Origin: Octopus bimaculoides
Taxonomy: Eukaryota
Reading direction: 5' to 3'
Length of the DNA: 64,000 nt
Assembly (NCBI RefSeq): GCF_001194135.2
Contig: NC_068995.1
Location: forward strand, 136,296-200,295
The translations under genes were made by a program, and so were the position numbers. Below, in pieces: positions 53,974-64,000 of the stretch (its first letter is position 1; every line of letters begins with the position of its first letter). The notes under the pieces were generated by a model, which saw only the letters and a program-made list of their open reading frames with translations, was not told the DNA's origin and made no database searches.

Positions 53974-54430
53974 CTGAAAGATAAACAGTATATATTCCAG
54001 GTTCAATTCAGACCAGTGTTTGTGGTATAGTTGTAGCTTGAATAAGAATTGACAAGCGAAGATTCAATTCTCAAATTACACACACANNNNNNNNNNNNNN
54101 NNNNNNNNNNNNNNNNNNNNNNNNNNNNNNNNNNNNNNNNNNNNNNNNNNNNNNNNNNNNNNNNNNNNNNNNNNNNNNNNNNNNNNNNNNNNNNNNNNNN
54201 NNNNNNNNNNNNNNNNNNNNNNNNNNNNNNNNNNNNNNNNNNNNNNNNNNNNNNNNNNNNNNNNNNNNNNNNNNNNNNNNNNNNNNNNNNNNNNNNNNNN
54301 NNNNNNNNNNNNNNNNNNNNNNNNNNNNNNNNNNNNNNNNNNNNNNNNNNNNNNNNNNNNNNNNNNNNNNNNNNNNNNNNNNNNNNNNNNNATATATATA
54401 TATATATATATATATAAGTATGCATAGCCT

Positions 54431-54610
54431 TTTTATTATAGGCACAAGGCCTGAAGTTTGTGGGGAGAGAGTGAGTCGATTACATCGACCCCAGTACTCA
54501 GCTGGTACTTCTTTTATCGACTCCGAAGGATGAAAGGCAAAGTCGACCTCAGCGGAATTTGAGTTCAAAGTATAAAGACGGACGACATGCCGTTAAGCAC
54601 TTTGTCCAAC
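54431..54610 (-). mobile_element. SINE family B copy
   Basis: tattataggcacaaggcctgaag...tcgattacatcgaccccagtactcagctggtac...gtcgacctcagcggaatttgagttc. Confidence 0.78.
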
Positions 54611-54883
54611 ATCCATTTGTCCGTTAACCATTTTGTCTACTTTGAAATCTATGTTCTACAATCTTCAATTTCCGTCCGACTTTTGGTATAAACATCATCA
54701 TATCTTCTATTAATTTAATGCATTTTCATGTGACGCGAAGCACATATCTATCTGTCTATCTATCTATCTATCTTATCCATCTATCCATCTATCTATGCAT
54801 ATGCATGCAGTCATAATACATACTAAAACAAGCACATACATAGCGAGTGAGTGAATGAGTGAGAGAAGGGGTGTGAAAGAAAG

Positions 54884-54917
<34 letters not shown>

Positions 54918-55524
54918 CGGTAGACAGACAAAGTACATGAGAGATCGCGATAAGAGATAAATTAGATCGACGAACAATGGGTGAAAGATTTGAAGGTTGT
55001 TCATTCTTTCAAGATAAAAGACGGAAGAGGAGTTTGTGAATCAGAAAGTTTGTCATTGATTCGTCTGAGTGAACGAAAGAAAAGAGCACGAAAAGACCCG
55101 AGACCAGCAGATTCTATTATATTTAACAACAACGTCAACAAAACGTTTAAACAGTTACGCACTATTTTCAATTGAAGTCAATGAAGAATTCTCAGTCTCT
55201 TGTAAGAGGATGAGAATTATATATTTACTCGATTATATACTGTGACAAAATTAGGTGACGTTGAAAAAAAAAAACCCTTCTAGTATAATGAATGTTTTTC
55301 ATGAAAGGTAAAATAACCTGTTAGCCAGAAATGTAAGCCATTGAATTAATTTATTTTGTTGGCTCCAATACAGGATCGAAGAGCCGACCGAACAATGTAG
55401 AACCAGACACACAGAGGAACAAACACAAAACATAAAAACCATACACGTACAATGACACAACATCTTCAATTAACAACATAACGATATTGGATACTGTGCG
55501 GCATGTAATAATCCTTCCTAATGT

Positions 55525-55690
55525 AGACATAAGTCAATCACATCGACCCCAGTACTTGACTGGTATTTAATTTATCGACTCCGAAAAGATGAAAAGCAAA
55601 GTCGACCTAGTCGGAATTTGAACTCAGAACGTAGCGACGGGCGAAATACCGTTAAGCGTTTTGCCCGGCGCACTAACGATTCTGCAAATC
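55525..55690 (-). mobile_element. SINE family B copy
   Basis: catcgaccccagtacttgactggtatttaatttatcgactccgaaaagatgaaaagcaaagtcgacc...gaactcagaacgtagcgacgggcg. Confidence 0.78.
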
Positions 55691-56283
55691 GACGCTTTAT
55701 CATTATTATGATGATGATGATGATTATAGATGCTTGTCTTTTCAGAAATGAAATACCTTGGTGTGTCTGACCTTATTGACCAAGAAAATATTCAGAATGG
55801 ATTGAACTCCGAGATCGAATTCCAATCAGGTTATTGTGTTTATATTCTCATGTAAACCTGAAAAGAGTGAAAAACCGAGAAACACCCCAACCCGTCCTTA
55901 AAAAGTTCTCGTAATTATTACACACCCAGAGACACGCGAGTTGCGAGCCAACAAAGGACCACGGCGCAGCTGGAGTCCAACTACATAATTTTTAATCGAC
56001 CTTAAACCATCACCACCTACTCAACTATTAAGACAGACGAAATACCGATTTCTTTACTAGGCATAAATCCCTAAACATAGATGGGGACACCACAAGGACA
56101 GACAAGACCACAGTGGGGAGAAAAAACATAAAACGAATGTAAATGAAATGAAAGTTATATCAAAATGAAAAAACGAAAATGGACGCATGGGCCCCCACTC
56201 CCATGCAGTGCCATTTGAACCGTTATATGTATTATCTACAATTGTTCTTTTTTTTTCCTTTAATTCCATACTTTTTTTTGTCT

Positions 56284-56441
56284 TTAGTAGAACTTCATTA
56301 GTGGTTCGATATCTCTCAAATCCACCACTGGTGGCGACTCTTTAAATTCCACCTCTACTCCTGGCGGGTCAATGCTATCTCCACACATCTCTTTCAACTT
56401 TCTGTAGTTTTCTTCTTCAATCAATATTGCCTTCATATCCT
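56284..56441 (-). CDS. Candidate terminal coding exon of unknown protein (nested gene or alternative 3' end)
   Basis: Long pyrimidine tract ending ctacgcAG; phase-1 frame open for 51 codons (EDMKAILIEEENYRKLKEMCGDSIDPPGVEVEFKESPPVVDLRDIEPLMKFY) then TAA; ATTAAA about 20 nt downstream. No homology recognised. Confidence 0.4.
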
Positions 56442-56983
56442 CTGCGTAGACGTATGAAGGCACGAAAAAACAAAACGAAAAACGAAACACTGAAATTGAG
56501 CAAAGCATTCAGTCTCACACCCACCCATGTACCCACACACGCATTCACAGACAGACACATATGTTTATATATATATATGTATAACACCTCACCAAAAGGA
56601 GTAGAAAATCAGATGTTCATATATCTTCTTTTTCAACCTAATACATTTGAACCTCTCTTTTTTTTTTTCAGCGCAAATCATAATTACCTAATTAGTTCAT
56701 TTCATTATCTATGTAAACACAGTTTCGTCTGCCACGCTCTATGTTTGAACTCTCCCTCTCTTTCACGCTCATTTATTCATTCATTTATTCATTAATTTAT
56801 CTAATTTTGTCACAGATTGGCTGACCGAAAACTCCTGGTTATAGCTCTAGTTAAGAATTTCAAATGCTCAATTCTATCTCGTTATTATAATATTCTCCCA
56901 CATCGGCAGCCTGAGTTTTTGCTGTTTCGCGGTACGCCAGCCCTTCTCAAAGAGAAGGAAAGAAAAGATGTGTGTGTGTGTGT

Positions 56984-57031
<48 letters not shown>

Positions 57032-58249
57032 TGTTGTATAGTATATAGGAAACTTGGGCAGAGCCGTCATTCGGGTTGGGCAGGATTCAGATGTAATAGA
57101 GGCAACGTTTTATGTGACAGAGCTGCATGTAACAACTAGGTTGTATGATGTTTAAGAGAGTTCTAGACAACCCTGCCCATCTATGACATATCTGTGGCCT
57201 TGTGCCTTTGTCAGAGCAAAAAAAAAAACATTAAAAGAAATTATTATTATTATTATTATTGCGTCCTTGTGACAAATAAGTTTTATGCGCGTTGCGGAGC
57301 AAAGAATTCGATAAAATTGCAGCTAATAATAAGTGTTTTCATTCAATTAAGCTGTTAATATTTTTATGTGAGGGCAGCATGACTGCCTCACCTTCTCCTC
57401 CATTGTTGGTTCTTTTCTACACATCTGTTATTCCACGTGATTTAAAGTATCTAAATACATTAGACACACATAAATGCTGACCATTTCCAAGCGCTCTGGT
57501 TTGAAGTAAGTCCGCACAAAATGAAGGACTATTGCTGCAATCCTGGAGTCACAGTCGGAAATGATCAGTGCGTGGGAATGCACATGAGTAATGGTGCAGC
57601 AGCGTTCTGAGTGCATTTTATTAACATGGGTAACAGTGAGCAAGAGATTAGGTTGATCGGAGTCTGAGATCAATAAGAAAAAGCAGAAAAAAATGGAACC
57701 ATGGTGTTTCTGTCGAAAACATTTATTCGCTATCATTAGAACCACTGCTCCTAATTATGGTTGCTACAAGGCTTCAATCTAACAGCGGAGTTCGAAGCAA
57801 TCCAACACTTTTGTACTTAGAAGGTTGCTTCAGTGCAACAGAATAGATACTGGAGCAGGCTACAAAAATTGAAGATCTGCTCCCTACAACGAGGGCGCAG
57901 TAGATATGGAGTGATATCTATCTATCTATCTATCTGCCTACTTATATACCTACCTATCTATTTATCTATCTGTCTGTCTGTCTCTCTATGCCTTGATGGA
58001 TGTCTTTCTATCCATGAACATGTATATCAAATATATTATACATATGTATGCATAAATACAGATATACAGGCACGCACACACACACATTATCTCTCTCCCC
58101 CTCTCTCTCTCTGTATGTATATATATATATATATATATATATAAAGATGTATACATGCTTGTGTTTGTGTGTGGGCTTGTACGTGTGTATGTATGATGTC
58201 ATTTAACATTATAAATCATAAAATATAATAATATATTTTAAATGTAATA

Positions 58250-58294
<45 letters not shown>

Positions 58295-58699
58295 AGTTGT
58301 GAATCATATACAAAACGACTGAGAAAAAGTAAGAAGGTAAGGCAGCCACACCGCTCTCATAAAAATATTATTGGTTTAAGTGAATGGAAAAGTGTGTTAT
58401 AAACTGCAATTTTATTGAATACTTTTCAGTGAAATGCAAAGACAGCTTATTGCATCGCAAGGACGAAAAGCCGAGAGGAGAATATCAAAGGCACGATATA
58501 CAACACACGAAAATGATCAAAAGAAAATCAACAGCAATAAATATAGCAAAAATTATAAAAATAGAATTAAGAAATAAAAAAAAATCAACCAGATAAGGGA
58601 AAATATTCGATTAAGAGTTATTTGGGGAAAGCACCGCACCAAATATTCCGATTTATTCTGCCGACTACAAAGCATCGAAAGATCCGTCTCCTCCAGTTT

Positions 58700-59050
58700 C
58701 TATCTTACTCACAGTAGGCTTATTCAAGCTCACTAGTATTGCCTCTCTCATCCACTATAAGTACACTAGAAGGCAGTGCCTTCCTCCTGAAATGGTGGTA
58801 CTTGAGGCCTTGCCCAGATTAGAAAATACCTGTCTTCAAAACTTTGAGACGACTCCACCAAACAACCCCTTTCGCCACCGCCATCATCAAGCAGGTCAAA
58901 ATTTGCCTCTCTTTCCTGTTAAAAGAAGGAAGCACATCGACCTACGCTCAGGTTCAACGGAGAGCCGGGTTCGCTCCCCACGAACCAAGTCCACAAGATA
59001 CTAATGAACGGACACTGGGTGACGGTGGGTAGACCCGGTTTTGGGCTTCT
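58700..59050 (-). mobile_element. Decayed L1/Tx1-like LINE ORF2 C-terminal fragment
   Basis: Frame-broken pieces TVTQCPFISILW, RTRLSVE and PSFNRKERQILTCLMMAVAKGVVWWSRLKVLKTGIF*SGQGL resemble, from recollection, the post-zinc-finger C-terminus of L1/Tx1-clade ORF2. Needs a Dfam/Repbase check. Confidence 0.4.
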
Positions 59051-59282
59051 ATGCTATGTTTTGGCGCATATACTTTAACACAGACAACCCAACCTTCATG
59101 TTTGGTGTTGAAGAAATGGCGATTCTCGCCGCTGGTCCGTCGTCTGTGTCGTCTCTTCTCACTGCACCTTTCTCACTCACTATTTTCTTTTCTAATCTGA
59201 TGTTCTTCGTAGCTAACTCTTCTAAAACCAACAGAAACTCCTCTGATTTTCCTTTTTTGTGAAAGCCAAATAATAATAATAA

Positions 59283-59452
59283 TAATGGTTTCAACTCTTG
59301 CCACAAAGCCAGCGATTTCGAGAGAGGGTGGGGGGCAAATCGATTACATCGACTCTAGGTCTCAATTGATACTTATTTTATCGATTTCTAGAGGATGGAG
59401 GGCAAGGTTAGCCTCTGCGTGATTTGAATTTAGAACGTAACGACGGACGAAA
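59283..59452 (-). mobile_element. Diverged SINE family B copy
   Basis: gccacaaagccagcgatttcg...tcgattacatcgactc...gatttgaatttagaacgtaacgacggacgaa. Confidence 0.65.
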
Positions 59453-59507
59453 ACAACAACAACAACAGCAGCTGCAACTACAACAACAACATCAACAACA
59501 ATAATAG

Positions 59508-60060
59508 ATGCCCTAATGCAGTACCAGGAACTAGCTCTCATGGCTTCTGATCTTAATTGATTGGAAGTGTTATCAAATACATTCTTTTGTCTTAGTATAA
59601 AAGATGGGCGACAACAGATATTTTGCTCAGTACCAGATATTTACTTGTCAGTTGCTTGAATTTAACCAGGTAAGCATGTCCCTTAGTGGTTGGAGATATG
59701 TGCATCTCTGATCACGAGCAGAAGTAGTAGGTGGGGCATCAAGCCATGTGTTCAGAGGAATTCTTTAGGGTTTGGATAATTCACCTTTGGAAACATGGCT
59801 GTTTCGTCCAACATCCTTAACCTTTATTCAGGGACTTTTTGAGTGGGATGGGCGACTCGACCTGAATAAAATTCTAACTGGGCTCCACTTGCAAGGTCAT
59901 GCGCTGTTTACCTTGACATGAGAGCACCATGTTGCACACTTGTAATTGTGATGCATGCGCCTGATGTACCCTTATCTGAAGGGCAGTTACGATGGGTATA
60001 TTGAACTTCGTATAGTTTTGCTCCAGTGTCACTTTGATGGCATCCGCTGTTCTCTCACTC

Positions 60061-60090
<30 letters not shown>
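59508..60090. repeat. Repeat family C, full-length copy
   Basis: gccctaatgcagtaccagg...gtcactttgatggc...ctctcactc(aat)10. Confidence 0.8.
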
Positions 60091-60091
<1 letters not shown>

Positions 60092-60109
60092 TGTAACAAG
60101 TTTGAATTG

Positions 60110-60490
60110 GAAAGAGTTAAGAGCTCTTGGGACTTCATGATTCAGTATGATCATAGAATCAAAGATTGGAAATTTGATACTGCACAAGTAAAATAGAAAG
60201 AAAAGTCATGTCTGATCATAGACATTGCTTGACCCGGTGACCGCAAAATTGGAAAGAAAGCGGGGGGGGGGGACCGACGTGATATTAAAGCTTCGAGGAA
60301 AGAAATCAAAACAGTGTGGTCAATAAAAAGAGTGCATTTTGTTGAAATAATTGTTGGTGTCCTATGTACAGTGAAAAAAAAATCTGATTAGATAAGTTAG
60401 GAATAAAATCAGAACATATCCAGAATTCCTTGGCAGTGCAAGGAATCTCTGCAAAGTTCTCTCGAAACTTGAATGGAGAATACCATCGCA
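60110..60490 (+). mobile_element. Decayed RLE-type LINE 3' fragment
   Basis: Broken translation SWDFMIQYDHRIK...KSCLIIDIA*PGDRKIGKK...IIVGVL...IQNSLAVQGISAKFSR, resembling the RLE endonuclease domain, with stops and frameshifts. Flanked by (AAT)n. Confidence 0.6.
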
Positions 60491-63262
60491 GTTCACGGGC
60501 ATTGAACTGCGGGTACAATAATGACATCTCCAGCAATAAGTTGAGTATGTTAGATAATAATAATAATGAAAATAGCACCTACAAAAATCAGCTTAGCTTG
60601 GAACTGCAAAAATTCTTCAAGCATGACCAGTAAACAAGTGTCACCTTAGTCTGGTGGCTGTGGATAGCTGACACTTTCCATCATACCCAGCAAAATAGGC
60701 TTGAGTTTTCATATAATAATAATAATAATATTTAATTTAGACACAAGGACAGCTAGCCATTTTGAGCGGTTTCATTTGCCAATAGTATCGACCTTCAATA
60801 TTCAATTTGTACTTTATTCCAATCAAACTCGGAGAAATGAAATGTGAAGTTGATTAGTCACGTCGCTATTTGAACTCAGAACATAAAGAATTTGAAGAAA
60901 TACCGTAAAGCATTTTTCTCGACGCCTTAATGATTCTATCAAACCGCCGCCTTTATAACAGTAACAATTATTCTAACAATGGCAAAGAGAAATGAACCAG
61001 TATTTTCTCAAGGACAATTGTCTGTCGATATTTCTAGAACATGTCCACTCCATGACAAACATAAGAGATCACAACTTACAAGGTAGAAGTGAATGTGGGT
61101 AAAAAAGAACATAATTTTCAAAGGAAGCCTTTGTTGGTCGTGGTGGTGATGTTGGTGTTAGTTTAGTGGTAGTAGTCATAGTGTTAGTACAGGTTTTAGT
61201 GGTTGTGGTATTGGTGGTAGTGGGGCTGATGATGGTGATGTCGGTAGTGGTGGTGCTTAGAGGGAAATAAAAATCAATCAATAAATATATAGAATCTTTG
61301 GTTCGCCTCTCGATCGGTTTCTTTGAGGAATCAAGGAGACAAAGATGTCGATAAAAGTTTAAAACAAAGTTTAGAAGAGGTGGGCATGTGGCATGCCGCG
61401 TGAGTTGTGTCTCCACAACGGCAGCATAACAACAACAATAGCAATAACAACATCAAAAGCGAAAAAGCATCATAATTATCATTATCATCAACAGTATGAC
61501 TAAGAAAAGCAAAAGAGAACAACTAAAAGAGCAACAAGGACAAAGGGAAAAACAAGAGCGGAGGAGGAGGGGGAGGAGGGGGAGGACATCTGCAAATACA
61601 CGAAAACAATTGAGACGTTTTGTTTCCGTTATTTTGTAGTGAAAGAAATTAGAAAACAGGTTTGGAACCCGGAGCGCCAAGTTTGTGGGAATTTTGTTCA
61701 CGAACATGCGCACATTAACACAATCACACACACACACACACACAATATATANNNNNNNNNNNNNNNNNNNNNNNNNNNNNNNNNNNNNNNNNNNNNNNNN
61801 NNNNNNNNNNNNNNNNNNNNNNNNNNNNNNNNNNNNNNNNNNNNNNNNNNNNNNNNNNNNNNNNNNNNNNNNNNNNNNNNNNNNNNNNNNNNNNNNNNNN
61901 NNNNNNNNNNNNNNNNNNNNNNNNNNNNNNNNNNNNNNNNNNNNNNNNNNNNNNNNNNNNNNNNNNNNNNNNNNNNNNNNNNNNNNNNNNNNNNNNNNNN
62001 NNNNNNNNNNNNNNNNNNNNNNNNNNNNNNNNNNNNNNNNNNNNNNNNNNNNNNNNNNNNNNNNNNNNNNNNNNNNNNNNNNNNNNNNNNNNNNNNNNNN
62101 NNNNNNNNNNNNNNNNNNNNNNNNNNNNNNNNNNNNNNNNNNNNNNNNNNNNNNNNNNNNNNNNNNNNNNNNNNNNNNNNNNNNNNNNNNNNNNNNNNNN
62201 NNNNNNNNNNNNNNNNNNNNNNNNNNNNNNNNNNNNNNNNNNNNNNNNNNNNNNNNNNNNNNNNNNNNNNNNNNNNNNNNNNNNNNNNNNNNNNNNNNNN
62301 NNNNNNNNNNNNNNNNNNNNNNNNNNNNNNNNNNNNNNNNNNNNNNNNNNNNNNNNNNNNNNNNNNNNNNNNNNNNNNNNNNNNNNNNNNNNNNNNNNNN
62401 NNNNNNNNNNNNNNNTATATATATGCATGTGTGTGTGTGTGTGTGCTCTTTTTTGACTCATGACCAATTGTGAACATTGTTAAAACTTTACAAAAAAACA
62501 GAACCAACCAAGAATATGTTAGTAACATTCCATTCTTACTCGATTTGCGATTTATGCAATCCTCAATCTTGATACTGACCCCTTCACTCATTCTACCCTA
62601 CATTCCAGCCCCTAAGCTATTACGCAACATCACTCTCCTTTGCTCTCGTTCATCAACTGCCCACGACTTCCTTCAGCAACGACCCAAATAGGTCTTCCTC
62701 TATCTTGTCGATTGACCTTCTAAAAGTAACAGTTAAATCTTTCTCAAATCATATTCTACTGAGTAAAGGAAAGGACGTACACACACATACATAAATGGAG
62801 ATGGTCATGACTGGAGCGACTATGCTCGTATCGTGTCTTCTCGATGAGCTCTAAATAACAAAATTAACACCCACAAAAACAGCACCGCCGCCAACAACAC
62901 CAAGAACAATAAAAACAACATCATTATAGACTAATTAGGCGCTATTTAATTGCATGTCCTGCTGATGACAAAAATTAAAGATGGAAAATTCAGGCAACAA
63001 AGAGCATGGAAAAGTGCAACGAATGGCGACTGGGAGTAGAATGGAGGAGAAAACGCTGTTGGTTGATTCTGTTTGCCTTGAAAGTGGGAAATTTTAAGAT
63101 TTTCTGTTACTATCTACCTGGAAATGAGGACACAAACATACGCACACATTTATATAATATACATATATACGTTTTTTATATACACATGTATACACACAAG
63201 ATTTATATATAAATATACACGCATATATACACGTATAGAAAATGATTGAGATTCAGTTGAAT

Positions 63263-63309
<47 letters not shown>

Positions 63310-64000
63310 GGAGAAATTATACAAAATATATAAGTGGATGATGAGTAAAGCACACATATATATATTCATATGTACGTGTGTGTGTATAAACACACTCACA
63401 CACACACAAATATGGTGTGTGTGTACAGAAGGATAATATATGTATTCTTTTTGGAGTGTTGAATTAAAAATCAACTTTCATCATTTCTTTTCCTTTTTTA
63501 AGATTTACTGCTTTTCTTGTGCCTGTCTGTCTGTCGATCTGTCTATCTACATCTCACTCTAAATATTATCATCAACCCCTTCGTCTCTTTCTCTCTCTAC
63601 TCTCTTTTGCCTTTTTTTTTAAATAAATCTTTATTTTAAACCTGTTTGCTTAAACCACCTTAAATGTCAACATTGAAGAATGCGCAATCCAAAGATACAC
63701 ACACACAAACACTTACACGAGTAAACACGGACACATACTTACCCATATATAGATACATACACACCACGACTACACACACACACACACACACTCATATATA
63801 TATATATATTGCACAGGCACACACAGATATGCATGTATATGTATATATTATATGATATATATATCCATATACACACTCACATAGACGCATATACGAAGCG
63901 GGGATACTCTCCACCCGACCAGCAACGTAAAGTAAACGTGAGTAAGCAAGTTCTACGTTGAAGTGTAATTAGTCGTATTAGTTTTTGTTGACAAAAAGAA

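Noticed and set aside
55757-55857. Segment bounded by a good acceptor and donor on the minus strand
   Set aside because: Stops in all three frames; cannot be a motor-coding exon.

Overview
Eukaryotic, AT-rich, microsatellite-dense draft genomic DNA with many N gaps. The repeat content and gene type suggest a coleoid cephalopod, probably Octopus (inference). The window is dominated by one large minus-strand, intron-rich gene: an animal (lophotrochozoan-type) chitin synthase. I reconstructed 12 phase-consistent GT-AG exons from 32993 to the TGA at 10909 (5049 nt, 1682 aa plus stop), carrying the WDVF, CATMWHET, LDGD, YQIFEYAIGHW, GEDRW, QRRRW and SWGTR motifs. Further upstream on the same strand, exons 53862-53973 and 47366-47617 encode the end of a myosin motor (class III-like GETK/IFLKYHHLDQL) plus an IQ motif. 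The locus therefore most likely encodes a myosin-motor/chitin-synthase fusion of the kind known from molluscs; the rest of the motor is not visible (in gaps or beyond 64000). The linker exons between the IQ exon and the synthase are only partly resolved. The introns hold two tRNA-derived SINE families, a ~550-bp (AAT)n-flanked repeat, decayed RLE-type and L1/Tx1-like LINE fragments, two MITE-like elements (one with 28-bp TIRs and an 8-bp TSD), minisatellites and several foldback structures. The most interesting unexplained items are a candidate alternative or nested terminal exon inside the myosin intron (56284-56441), repeated sense-strand SINE tails next to splice acceptors, a 135-bp near-perfect intronic inverted repeat and a T-shaped hairpin beside a gap. 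Most ORF-track entries are microsatellite or N-gap artefacts.
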